This document shows positions 10,529 to 20,545 of a DNA stretch of 64,000 bases, in pieces. Source of the DNA: Cyanobacteria bacterium P01_D01_bin.156 (GTDB lineage Bacteria; Cyanobacteriota; Cyanobacteriia; Phormidesmidales; Phormidesmidaceae); assembly GCA_039024555.1 (NCBI GenBank), contig JBCCQQ010000019.1:33967-97966 (forward strand), in the 5' to 3' direction. The notes under the pieces are model-generated. The model was not told the origin of the DNA, did no database searches, and worked only from the letters and a program-made list of their open reading frames with translations. Made by a program: the position numbers and the translations under genes. Within the stretch, counting starts at the first letter, position 1; each line of letters opens with the position of its first letter.

Positions 10529-11623
10529 TTACAACATTTCTTGCAATACACCACGGATAATATCGTCGGTGACTTGGTCGGTTACGCAGGCTTCGCCGAT
10601 GCGTTTGGGTAGGACAAAGCGAACTTTGCCGGATTTTACTTTTTTGTCGCTACGCAGAGCAGTGAGGATATCGTCAATGTTGATGTCCTTGGGGAGTTTG
10701 GTGGGCAGGTTTGTCTTTTGGATAATGGCAAGCTGGCGATCGGTGGCGGTTTGGGGCCAGAGGTCCATGGTGGTTGCGATCGCACCTGCAGCGACCATAC
10801 CAATCCCCACGGCCTCACCATGATTAATTAGCTTGTAGCCCGTTAAGCTTTCCACAGCATGACCAATGGTATGACCATAGTTAAGGATGGCCCTGAGTCC
10901 AGCTTCCTTTTCATCTTGACTAACAACATCAGCTTTAGCCTGGCAAGAATACGTAAGAATATTGTGGAGCAATGCTTGCCCCACATAGCGCATCTGATCT
11001 AGCCGTTTAGCTTGTTCTAACTGACGAAACAGGTCATCATTCCAAATAATCCCGTACTTAATGACCTCTGCCATACCAGAACGGAATTCCCGCCCAGGCA
11101 GAGTAGCAAGCACACTGGGATCAATGAGGACTAAACTCGGCTGGTGAAACGCACCAATTAGATTTTTGCCATGGGGATGATTCACACCGGTTTTACCCCC
11201 CATCGAAGCATCCACCATCGCCAATAAGGACGTGGGCACTTGCACAACAGCAATACCTCGCAGCCAGGTCGCGGCTGCAAACCCAGTCATATCGCCAATG
11301 ACACCGCCACCTAGGGCGACCATTGTAGAACTACGCTCCAGGTGGTTAGCAAAGGCGACATCATGGATTTTTTCAATCGAGCGAAGGGTTTTATAGCGCT
11401 CCCCGGCAGGCAAAATACACTGGCATACTTCAAACCCAGCTGCGGATAAAGACTGTACCACAGCTTCACCATAATGCTTGAAAACCACTGGGTTTGAAAC
11501 CAGCAATACCTTGCCACGCTTGCCAGTAGCAGATAGCCAAGGTCCTAGGTATTGCAACCCGTCAGTAGCAATTTTGATGTCGTATTGAACTTGGGGTAAT
11601 TCGACGGGAATAACGGTCTTCAT
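10529..11623 (-). CDS. aroB: 3-dehydroquinate synthase
   Basis: [38 protein letters not shown] and [10 protein letters not shown]; start moved to ATG 11623. Confidence 0.96.
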   Translation of the reverse strand: MKTVIPVELPQVQYDIKIATDGLQYLGPWLSATGKRGKVLLVSNPVVFKHYGEAVVQSLSAAGFEVCQCILPAGERYKTLRSIEKIHDVAFANHLERSSTMVALGGGVIGDMTGFAAATWLRGIAVVQVPTSLLAMVDASMGGKTGVNHPHGKNLIGAFHQPSLVLIDPSVLATLPGREFRSGMAEVIKYGIIWNDDLFRQLEQAKRLDQMRYVGQALLHNILTYSCQAKADVVSQDEKEAGLRAILNYGHTIGHAVESLTGYKLINHGEAVGIGMVAAGAIATTMDLWPQTATDRQLAIIQKTNLPTKLPKDINIDDILTALRSDKKVKSGKVRFVLPKRIGEACVTDQVTDDIIRGVLQEML

Positions 11624-11761
11624 GAAAGAGCGGCAGAGTTTACTCAACTATCCTACTGTTCTGGGTCATACAACACCTGTACTCTAGCTAAGGAAGAGTT
11701 CGAATGGCTGTTACTGCTGCTCAAATACGCTCTCAGAAAAATTTGCCTCGCTGCAGCTCCG

Positions 11762-12205
11762 TTATGTTTTATCCAATTGGTTGAATACCTGAAAAATTTG
11801 TCGACAACACAATTTAATTTTTTCACCTTCATTGAACTTGGGAGGAGCAGTACCTTCAAACTGCCAGTTATTAATTGTCGAAAGATGCCATTGCTCACCT
11901 ACATGGTTAAACCCAACGACTTCTACACCAACGGCCCTAACAGTATCAGCCCTTTCAGCGTCATTAGGCATCGCATGTAGGCGAATTTGAACCAATAAAC
12001 TTCGACAGTTAAAAGAACGGCTAAAACCAGGAAAATGAAACCCAATATCAATGGAATCGGGATCAATTAGATTTCGGGTATCGGGATCGTTAGCCCAAGG
12101 CTTAAGGTCAGAGCGTAAATCAGGCAGTTGACCTTTGAATGCTCCGACCGTAGCGGCAATTTTACTGGCGTACTCAATACTAAGTGCTTGTTCTGCTGCG
12201 TTCAC
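11762..12205 (-). CDS. Conserved cyanobacterial hypothetical protein
   Basis: DLKPWANDPDTRNLIDPDSIDIGFHFPG resembles a conserved cyanobacterial family as I recall it; likely GTG start at 12205 (VNAAEQ). Confidence 0.7.
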   Translation of the reverse strand: MNAAEQALSIEYASKIAATVGAFKGQLPDLRSDLKPWANDPDTRNLIDPDSIDIGFHFPGFSRSFNCRSLLVQIRLHAMPNDAERADTVRAVGVEVVGFNHVGEQWHLSTINNWQFEGTAPPKFNEGEKIKLCCRQIFQVFNQLDKT

Positions 12206-12474
12206 ACCTACAATCCAAGGAGAGCGTGGAAAATCCACCTACCACCATAAGACAACGTCTTTAACGATTCGCTAAAGGCGCATAGTCCTATCAAGTAGGT
12301 AAATTGAGAATACTACCTAAAAAATAAATTAGCCTTAGTAGATAAACTGTAGCTGATTAAACGAACTGCTAGAGGATAATCACCTTTAAAGGATTCCAGA
12401 GTTTGATATTGAACTCTAAAGACTCTGCCTCCCCAAAACAGCAGACCTTAGTCAGGTGATTAACACTGGCTACA

Positions 12475-13047
12475 CTAAATTGTCTGGCTGTAGTGGGCCT
12501 GGCAAGTGCCCAGCATGCGCATATCGTTATCACTAACACCGTCAATCTGATGAAACCCTTCGATCTCAAATTGTTGACCGCCAGGTCCAGCAACAGCAGT
12601 ATCATCTAGATCAAGCGCGTAGGGATAGATTTCCTGAGAATACGTCTCAGTAATTGCTAGGGACAGTTGGGTGTTTTGCACATCCCCACGAAAACAGTCA
12701 AAGGAAGAATGAGGCGCATAAAAAGCACCCACTACTTGACCAGCACGGGCTTCAAAAATCATGTAGGCCGTTTGTAACTGATCGGGCAGCGGCTTTTCTC
12801 CAAAAAGGTAAATGCCATCTACTAAAGCATTTGACGTAACAGATGCAGTTTGAGCTAGCAAAGGCTGAATAGCAGCAACATTAGCTACCCCGGAAGTCAC
12901 GGGTTCAGCTCCAGCCAACTGGGCGTTAAGCAACGTGACAGTTCCTATCAACAACGCGGCTGTATGGCCTGCATACTGGATTAAACGTTGTGGCACGTGC
13001 TGACCAGCCTTGTAATTTCGAATAACGCTTAGAACTCCCATAACCAC
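12475..13047 (-). CDS. Hypothetical exported protein
   Basis: Hydrophobic signal-like segment, then DGIYLFGE...VGAFYAPHSSFDCF.G. Confidence 0.7.
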   Translation of the reverse strand: MVMGVLSVIRNYKAGQHVPQRLIQYAGHTAALLIGTVTLLNAQLAGAEPVTSGVANVAAIQPLLAQTASVTSNALVDGIYLFGEKPLPDQLQTAYMIFEARAGQVVGAFYAPHSSFDCFRGDVQNTQLSLAITETYSQEIYPYALDLDDTAVAGPGGQQFEIEGFHQIDGVSDNDMRMLGTCQAHYSQTI

Positions 13048-13672
13048 AAGCCTCGCTGCTGCAATATTGTTTTACTTTAGAATCGCGCTAACTGACCCTT
13101 GAACATCACCTGAAACAACCTTTATGCAATTACTTTACGTGAGAAGTCTCCCCGTAAACCGATTCAGCATTGTTCCTTTAATATCTCTTTAACGACATCA
13201 GCTGTCCCAGGTGGTGTACCTACAGCTATGATTTCCCACAATGCCTAGGAGTTGAATTCCGCATAGGCGACTTTGGCAACTGGCATAGGGACGTGAGTTA
13301 CCAAACTGCGTTTCTCAACATTGCCAATGCTATGGAACGATCGACTACTCCCATTAACATGCAGAATCTGACACCTCAAAATATCCTGAGGATTCACAGC
13401 ATCCAGATTTTTTTTAACAGCAGACGTTCCTAAAAACAGCACCACCCGATAATTTTTCAATTGGCTGTCGCCAAGCGTGCTGGGAAAAGAGGTAGTCTAT
13501 TATAGATAATTTGTAAGCGTAGATTTTCAGCGTAGTTTATCTGCTTATCGCGTGTAGCTAGTATTTTTTGTTGTACATTACCCGAGGCGAGTCTTGGGCT
13601 CTAAGCCAATGATTACGTCAGGCACCCCATCATTGGCTGTTCCATCGCTGAGCAGGAGTAAAACGTTCACCT

Positions 13673-14824
13673 ATGCCATCCCTTGAAGTGCCGCTGAAGC
13701 TCCTGTTGTTTATTGATAAGCGGCCAAGTTCTGCTGAGCAGGTACGTCAAATTCGTCAGCATGTCGAAGGTTTAGAGGGTGCGATCACACCTGTCCTAGA
13801 AGTGGTGGACGTTAGTGAGCAGCCCTATCTAGCCGAGCACTTTAAGCTTGTCGTCACACCTACCTTAATCAAAATTTCGACGGCAGGTCGTCAAACGTTG
13901 ACGGGCAGTGACATCATTTCTCAAATTGATTATTGGTGGTCTCGCTGGCAAGCAGAGACAGCCGATGAAAGTTCGGTCATCCTAGCCCAAGAAGTAGACC
14001 GTACGTCAATTTCACAATCAACGGAAATCATTCACCTGTCGGATGAGATCTTTCGTTTGAAACAGCTGAATGCCGAAAGCAATGCCAAGCTCGAATTCAA
14101 AGATCGTATTATTGCCATGCTGGCCCATGATTTGCGCAATCCACTGACAGCGGCATCCATTGCAATTGAAACCTTAGAAATGGGCTACGACCCAAACAAA
14201 GAGCGTCGTTCTAAATTTCGCCCTGAGCTCACCGTTCAATTACTGCGTAATGCTAGAACGCAAATTCGGTCCATTGATCGCATGATTACCGATATTTTGC
14301 AGGCAGCTCATGGTCCTAGTGTTGATTTACAGATTTTTCCTCGGGAATTAAATTTGCTGGACCTGTGCTACGAAGTAAGAGAAGCCATGCTTTCTAAGGT
14401 CAAAAACAAAGAACAGCAGCTGCATATTGAAATTCCTCAAGACCTGCCTCAAGTCCATGCCGATCCTAATCAGGTTCGACGTGTGATTACCAATCTTTTA
14501 GATAATGCGGTGAAATACACACCTACAGGCGGGGAAGTCATGATTACAGCCTTGCATCGAACAACTCAAAAGGTGCAAGTGAGCATCCAGGATACCGGAC
14601 CGGGCATTCCTGCCGATAAACAAGCTCGAATTTTTGAAGAGAGTTTTCGCCTGAAGCGAGACCAGTCTCAAGATGGCTATGGTCTGGGATTAGCGCTGTG
14701 TTTACGCATTGTCCGAGCCCACTATGGACAGATTTGGGTAGATTCAGCACCGACAGAGGGAAGTACTTTCCACTTCACATTACCGGTTTACAAGCAATCT
14801 AACCGTCAACAATCGGTTACCTAG
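13673..14824 (+). CDS. sasA: Circadian output histidine kinase SasA
   Basis: KaiB-like N-terminus (LLLFIDKRP, AEHFKLVVTPTLIK), H-box AHDLRNPLT, NLLDNAVKY, DTGPGI and GYGLGL. Confidence 0.93.
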   Translation: MPSLEVPLKLLLFIDKRPSSAEQVRQIRQHVEGLEGAITPVLEVVDVSEQPYLAEHFKLVVTPTLIKISTAGRQTLTGSDIISQIDYWWSRWQAETADESSVILAQEVDRTSISQSTEIIHLSDEIFRLKQLNAESNAKLEFKDRIIAMLAHDLRNPLTAASIAIETLEMGYDPNKERRSKFRPELTVQLLRNARTQIRSIDRMITDILQAAHGPSVDLQIFPRELNLLDLCYEVREAMLSKVKNKEQQLHIEIPQDLPQVHADPNQVRRVITNLLDNAVKYTPTGGEVMITALHRTTQKVQVSIQDTGPGIPADKQARIFEESFRLKRDQSQDGYGLGLALCLRIVRAHYGQIWVDSAPTEGSTFHFTLPVYKQSNRQQSVT

Positions 14825-14856
14825 GAATAGTTGGAACACTTGAATCGACGTTTGAA

Positions 14857-15525
14857 TTAACTGTCAGGCAACTGTAAGCGTGCCTTGAGATTTGCTAATT
14901 CTGTATCAACTGGAGATTTACCAGATTCTAAAGCTAAAAATTCTGTTTCTAGGGAATCTTGACTAAGCTGACTAAGCTCGGCCGCTGCTGCTGCTGTAGC
15001 TTCCATAGAGAGAATTTTGTCTTCAGCCTGGTCAAAGGTTACTCCATTCATCTGGGTGAGCATCTCGTTTAGCTTTTGACTAGCCCTAGCCGAACGAGCA
15101 CGAGCAATATACATATCTTTTTGAGTACGCGCTTGGCCAACTTTGGCTTCTAAATTTCGCAGGTTTGTTTTGAGAGTTTGGATGCGAATGTGTTGTTCTT
15201 GTAGCTGACTTTCTATGGAATGAGCTGTTTCTAGATAGATCTGACGGCGGCTTAAGGCTTCACGCGCCATCGCTTCATTACCTTTAGATAAGGCACTTTG
15301 GGCACGATTATAAAATTCTTGGGCTTGACTATGGGCTTGACCATATTGATGTTCACTGCGTTTTTGAGTCGCCACGGCCACGGCCACGGCTTGTCGCAGC
15401 TGCAGTAAATTTGCCTGCATATCCGCCGTGGTTTGCTCTAAAACCTTTTCTGGCTCTTCGCTTCCATTCAGAGCTTCATTAAGGCCAGCGCGTACACCCC
15501 GCAAGAATCGATTTAGCAATCCCAT
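14857..15525 (-). CDS. PspA/IM30 (Vipp1-like) family protein
   Basis: MGLLNRF.R, EPEKVLEQ, AREALSRR, LEAKV.QARTQKDMYIARA coiled coil; no long Vipp1 C-terminal extension. Confidence 0.88.
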   Translation of the reverse strand: MGLLNRFLRGVRAGLNEALNGSEEPEKVLEQTTADMQANLLQLRQAVAVAVATQKRSEHQYGQAHSQAQEFYNRAQSALSKGNEAMAREALSRRQIYLETAHSIESQLQEQHIRIQTLKTNLRNLEAKVGQARTQKDMYIARARSARASQKLNEMLTQMNGVTFDQAEDKILSMEATAAAAAELSQLSQDSLETEFLALESGKSPVDTELANLKARLQLPDS

Positions 15526-15604
15526 AGGCTTTGATTTGACTCACACAGTTATGAATATCATGCTTGCGAAACATGACACTCGCTGTGCTTAGCATAGCAG
15601 GGGA

Positions 15605-16885
15605 TTATTCGGTCGTTGGGCCAAAAAGTTCAACCGTCATACCTTGCTGGGTCAAAGCAGCAACCTGATCTTCTGCTTGAGCTCGATTATCAAATGCAGC
15701 TAACTGAATTCGTGCTCCGGCTTTGAAGTTTCGGATAAATGCATCTGGCACAAATTCTCGAGCTTTGTTGAGAGAGGCATCGCCTGTATAGCTAGTTACC
15801 ACGTAAAAATTGGGGCCGGTAGCGACAGGAGCTGGAACAGGTGCCGATGTAGGGGAATCTCCAGAGGGTGCCTCCCCGGCAGGCACGGGGGTCACGGGTG
15901 TTGATGGGGCCTCAGCAGTAACCGTCGTATTCGGCGCTGATGTGGCTGGAGATGTTGTATTTGGTTGAGGCAGTGGGGATTGGGCGGGATTAGACAGTGG
16001 CGGCACAGGAGCCGTAGGTGTGGCTCCATCCACATCTAGCGTGCTGAGACTTTCCAGATCTAACTCAACAAATTCTCGTTGGGAAAGATCAGGGCCAGGG
16101 GGCTTGTAGTTGCCAGTATCTGATGCAGGTGGTGGTTCCGGATCAGGGGATTCCTGCGGGATGCTCTCTGTTGTCGCTTCTGCTGGCTCCTCTGAAGAAG
16201 TGACAGCATCGGGACTAGTGTCACCGGGGAAAAGCTGCGATCGCAACTTCTGCACCTGAGATGGATACGTGATAGCAAATCCTACACCTACCCCCGCCAA
16301 AAGCACTAAGACGAGTCCCGCCAGCTTTAACAGACTGTTATTTTTACGATCAGGCGAGTAGGGTTCAGGCAACGATTCTGGGTCTGCTTGCTCATCAGCC
16401 AGACTTTTTAATAGCTCTTCCGACGATTCCAAATAATCATCGGGAGCAGCTTCTGACGTATGGACAGGCAATGACGTATCGCCGAGGACCTCGTCTTCAT
16501 AGGCAGACGTTTCCAGCTCCTGTTGCGGCGGCTCTGTCAGTGCAGCTAGATCGGGCAAATCCACATCTGTGTCGTCTACGGACTGCCCTTTAAGAAATGG
16601 GTTAGGGGGTGGAGGCGGTGGCACTGGAGAGGCGGATGGAGGACTGCTAGTCGCAGGCTCACTGGGAGTAGCTGACACTGAAATCAGATCAATAGTTTGT
16701 CGCTGAGCTTTACGACGGGGCGGCGGCGGCGGCGGTACTCGCCCATGACGCTGACGACGATAGCGAGTCAGCTCATCTTCAAGGTTGACATTAAGATTTT
16801 GTAGAACGCTCTCTAGCTGGGGAGCAACCGCATTATCAGGATTCGCCCCGGCGGGAGCAGGTGATTTGTCTTGAGAAGAAGCCAT
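15605..16885 (-). CDS. Pro-rich single-pass membrane protein with C-terminal SPOR-like domain
   Basis: LEDELTRYRRQR, Pro-rich linkers, one TM helix, C-terminal ARIQLAAFDNRAQAE. Confidence 0.75.
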   Translation of the reverse strand: MASSQDKSPAPAGANPDNAVAPQLESVLQNLNVNLEDELTRYRRQRHGRVPPPPPPRRKAQRQTIDLISVSATPSEPATSSPPSASPVPPPPPPNPFLKGQSVDDTDVDLPDLAALTEPPQQELETSAYEDEVLGDTSLPVHTSEAAPDDYLESSEELLKSLADEQADPESLPEPYSPDRKNNSLLKLAGLVLVLLAGVGVGFAITYPSQVQKLRSQLFPGDTSPDAVTSSEEPAEATTESIPQESPDPEPPPASDTGNYKPPGPDLSQREFVELDLESLSTLDVDGATPTAPVPPLSNPAQSPLPQPNTTSPATSAPNTTVTAEAPSTPVTPVPAGEAPSGDSPTSAPVPAPVATGPNFYVVTSYTGDASLNKAREFVPDAFIRNFKAGARIQLAAFDNRAQAEDQVAALTQQGMTVELFGPTTE

Positions 16886-17024
16886 GGGGCACAGCTAGAA
16901 TTAACAATCGACAGATGGCAATGGTGCATCGGTAGACCATACGTTAGCACGTTAGCCGGAAAACGTTGCAGATAGCGGTGTTTTCCAAAATTTTAACGAC
17001 AGACCGTATCTATTAGGAGTCGCC

Positions 17025-17576
17025 ATGGGGTTTTCTGGACTGCGATCTCTCATTAACGACATGGAAACCCAGCCCAGCTGGCAAACGCGACGGCACTTTC
17101 GTCAAGTCGTGGACTATTGGCCCAAGGCCGTGGGCTACGTAGTCGCACGCCAAACTAAGCCCATCAGCATTCAGCGCCACATCCTTTATGTTGACGTCGC
17201 GAACGCATCTTGGACACAAACCCTCACCTTAGAGCGTCGACGCATTTTGCATAAACTCAATCAGCTTCTAGACATGCCATTAAACGACATTCGCTTCTCT
17301 AGCGCCCAATGGCATCGAAAACCTATCCCCCAGAAACCCATCAGCGATTGGCTCAAAACCCATCCCAGCTACGTGAACACCTCAGGTGCTGAGAGGTCAC
17401 TAACAGAGCCAACAACTTCAACGACTCCAGAAGAGGCTTACAGCGCTTGGGCATCGCTCAAACAAGCCCAACAAAAGCATCAAGAGCGATGCCCTGAGTG
17501 CGAGTGCTTTTGCCCACCTGGGGAACTAGCACGATGGGAAATGTGCGCCCTCTGCATCATTAAGAAATGGAAATAA
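17025..17576 (+). CDS. DUF721/DciA family protein with C-terminal Zn ribbon
   Basis: WPKAVG.VVARQTKP, LYVDVANASWTQ.L, DIRFS; CPEC...CALC. Confidence 0.85.
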   Translation: MGFSGLRSLINDMETQPSWQTRRHFRQVVDYWPKAVGYVVARQTKPISIQRHILYVDVANASWTQTLTLERRRILHKLNQLLDMPLNDIRFSSAQWHRKPIPQKPISDWLKTHPSYVNTSGAERSLTEPTTSTTPEEAYSAWASLKQAQQKHQERCPECECFCPPGELARWEMCALCIIKKWK

Positions 17577-18034
17577 ATACAAAAATAATTGTTAATAACG
17601 ACTTACAAAAATAAATAAAACCACCAGAAAGCGCCGTAATCTCACGTAAAAAAATACAAGATTTATCGAATAGTTTTGCCTATCCACCATTAGAAATCCA
17701 CCGCAAAAATTAGTAGAGATAGCCTGCAGCAGTAAAGAATCAAAAAGTCTTGATAGAAAGTATTTTTTCTTGTTTAAGCTGCCGTAGTTCCACGGAAATC
17801 ACCTGATTCAAAGCCGGGGATCGCCTTTTTGAGAGTGATCCCCGATTCTTTTAAGAGCATCAATTTGCTTGAATAAAATCTAAAGAAAACCTTAACCGGG
17901 ATCGCTCCCCTAATTAACTTCTGATGCCCGATGTATCAAGCTTTTAACATTTTTGAAATGGCCCAGCTTCGCCAGACCTTGGTTCACAATAATGAGAAGA
18001 AAGGCTTTCAGTTACTCTTTCATTAAAGACTTTT

Positions 18035-18325
18035 ATGAGTATTAAAAAAAGTGAAATTATTAAATGCGGTGCTTGCCGATTTTATACACCCGTTGGGCGA
18101 CGGGGCGGCGACTGTTCACAACTATCAGTGCCAGTTCAATCTGGGTGGAAAACTTGCTGTCTCGCTCAATCTCCCTTTGAATCAGTTCCAGAAATAACGG
18201 CCCCGGACCGCCAACTCGTCGTCCTTGATGCCCAGGAAGTACTGGAATCTCTGCCCGTCACACCCAGACCGTTTTTAGAACCGATTGCAGAGCCTGACTT
18301 CACTACTGCTAAAGTTAGTGCCTAA
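18035..18325 (+). CDS. Small Cys-rich conserved hypothetical protein
   Basis: CGACRFYTPVGRRGGDC...GWKTCC; followed by strong hairpins. Confidence 0.78.
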   Translation: MSIKKSEIIKCGACRFYTPVGRRGGDCSQLSVPVQSGWKTCCLAQSPFESVPEITAPDRQLVVLDAQEVLESLPVTPRPFLEPIAEPDFTTAKVSA

Positions 18326-18345
18326 TAACAACTGAGTATTTAAAG

Positions 18346-18436
18346 TTAGATGCAAGTGCCGCGACGTAACCCGCGGCACTTGCATCTAAATGAAAGCAGA
18401 ACGTAAGGCAGGGGCTAGACCTACCTTACGTTTTTT
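18346..18436 (+). terminator. Double hairpin ending in an intrinsic terminator
   Basis: Perfect 18-bp inverted repeat 18346-18363/18372-18389, then aacgtaagg...ccttacgtt plus a T tract; lies between convergent genes. Confidence 0.8.
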
Positions 18437-18513
18437 ATAGGTCGGCAGCCCCAGAATGGGTTCTATCTAGATCCATAGATAATTGATTGTTTATCCTCCC
18501 CATTAAAACAACA

Positions 18514-18855
18514 CTAACGATTGCAACCTTCTGCCAGAATTTCTCCCTGGCCATCTAGTGCAGTTAAAGCTTCACTCCTGGCGCGCACAGAGGTAGAGGC
18601 TACCCCCCAAGCAAGGCTGCGATTATGCTCTGCCACTGCACCACAGCCTCGGAAAGATACCCGAATAGTGCAGTTGACATCACCACAGCTACGAAGAGCT
18701 TCACGTTCAGCACTACTAACCGACAGATAATTAGTGGCCACTCCCCAGTCACCGGAACGGGAAATAGCGATCGCACCATATCGCTGAGCAGCTTGGACTT
18801 GGGTCGCCAGAAAAGTACTCAACAACAGTAAACTCAGAATCGTAGGCTTCACCAT
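18514..18855 (-). CDS. DUF4189-like secreted protein
   Basis: Signal peptide from MVKPT, then YGAIA.S, A.REAL.SC...C...GCGAVA and a terminal C. Confidence 0.8.
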   Translation of the reverse strand: MVKPTILSLLLLSTFLATQVQAAQRYGAIAISRSGDWGVATNYLSVSSAEREALRSCGDVNCTIRVSFRGCGAVAEHNRSLAWGVASTSVRARSEALTALDGQGEILAEGCNR

Positions 18856-19070
18856 GTAATTGCCAAACACAAAACAAAAGGAACAACTCCGGCAAATGTC
18901 CACTAAAAAGAACACTTGCCTGGACCTTGTGACACAAGATCTTGGGGATACCCGCTGTTTTAACTAACAAATCGAGAGAAATACTCAAACCTGTGACAGC
19001 TTTGCTAGCTTGCACAGAGCAGCTCTACGTAACAACAGCTAGTCCGAGTTTAATCAGACTTAGCTAAGTA

Positions 19071-19097
19071 GAATTCGGAGTTCGGAACTCCGAATTC
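19071..19097. repeat. Palindromic short repeat element
   Basis: gaattcggagtt-cgg-aactccgaattc is a 12-bp inverted repeat. Confidence 0.65.
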
Positions 19098-19120
19098 AGC
19101 AAGAGTCCAGATCTCCCACG

Positions 19121-20134
19121 TTAAGTCAAATCATCTTTCTGATGACTCTCACCGGGGGACATTGTTTTTTCAGTACGGGCGAGGAAGTCAGGCACCAAAA
19201 CTTCACTAAATCCAGCAATAAATGCGATCGCAAAGTATAAATACTTTGATTGGGTATCTGCCTCAGTGGGGTTAAAGCCTGAGACAATCACCACTTCCGA
19301 TTCAATCAGCGCCACCGCTAGTAGGCTAAAGGCCGTACCCACCACCGGCTTAAAAAAGCCAATAAAAAAGGGAATGACCGACTGGGACCGATTGCGGTTT
19401 TCTAGCTTGCGCGATCGCAACATGACACTGACGATGCTGCCCAAGCCACCGGCAGCCAGCACCAGTTGAATATATTGCCACTCCTGGGATGAAAACAGCT
19501 CCACTTGAGACCCTTGGTTTTCTCCTTCAACAATGTTGGTAGAACCAGACGATTCACCTTCCACCACTGCACTAGCCGATTCAGTCTCTTCTAGTTTTTC
19601 AGTTTCCAACGGCTGGGCCTGGCGAATGCCGTGCTGATAGCCAATGTTGTACTGATTGGTTAAAAACATCCGGGCAGCGGTGGTACTGCCAATCAGTAAC
19701 GTAATCGTAATTGTGAACCAGGTAAGCCCAGAAATCAGCTGGGCAGCGGGAGAGCCCCCGGCACTGAGTACAGCCACCAGCGGATTCCGATACATACGAA
19801 TCTCTCGGGCAATGCGTTTACGGATATCCCGTGCCAGCGAAACCCGCTCTGCCATAGACATGGCAGGAGACTGATCACTTTTCGGTGCCGCCTCTGTAGG
19901 CAATAACAGACTAACCGCCAGCTGCATCATCGGCATGAGCATACGGTCATTGGTTAATTCTAAGTGGGGAATTTGTTCTAAGAGTTTGCCTAATTCACGA
20001 TAGGCCGGTTTAGATAGATGCTCAGACGCTAATCCCTGTTCAATGCGCTCAATTAATGCGCGCGCGTCTTTACGTATAACAAGATCAATATCATCCATCA
20101 GGCCCGATGGTAAGCCCATTGTATGTACAGCCAT
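19121..20134 (-). CDS. Hypothetical multi-pass membrane protein
   Basis: 337-aa ORF with about 4 TM helices; GGLGSIVS, KPVVG and AFIAGFSE motifs. Confidence 0.8.
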   Translation of the reverse strand: MAVHTMGLPSGLMDDIDLVIRKDARALIERIEQGLASEHLSKPAYRELGKLLEQIPHLELTNDRMLMPMMQLAVSLLLPTEAAPKSDQSPAMSMAERVSLARDIRKRIAREIRMYRNPLVAVLSAGGSPAAQLISGLTWFTITITLLIGSTTAARMFLTNQYNIGYQHGIRQAQPLETEKLEETESASAVVEGESSGSTNIVEGENQGSQVELFSSQEWQYIQLVLAAGGLGSIVSVMLRSRKLENRNRSQSVIPFFIGFFKPVVGTAFSLLAVALIESEVVIVSGFNPTEADTQSKYLYFAIAFIAGFSEVLVPDFLARTEKTMSPGESHQKDDLT

Positions 20135-20545
20135 GTGCGTGCATCCTGAGGGTAAAAATATTTAATGAAATGAAACGCCGCTGTGAGGAGGACACACCTG
20201 ATTCAAATGATCGAATGTTGTAGATGACAAGAGATAGCACCCAGCGGCAGTATCTAGACCCTAGCGAGCTGTTCATGAAGACAGACTGAAGGGGATCCAT
20301 TCTTCTAATCGGCACAGACCGCAAGGTCACTCTGCAGTCCTGACGTATCAGGAATTACCGTATGGATTTGGGACAGTTAGCCAACTGTTTCGCCATGGCT
20401 GATTTAAAGAACCAATTCGCTGATATCGCCATAGAAACGCATTTAATCATCCCTCAGATCGGCAGAGCCACTATTTCTTGTACAACTGATGCGGAAAACT
20501 TGAACTATCCAGTGAATTCTTAACTGATTTGATTTGGAGTTCGGC

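Noticed and set aside
13609..13686. 25-codon uORF overlapping the sasA start
   Set aside because: No RBS or distinctive composition; expected by chance.
20180..20196. CCTCCTCACAG (minus strand) resembling the Yfr1 core
   Set aside because: Two mismatches to ACTCCTCACAC and no flanking terminator hairpin.
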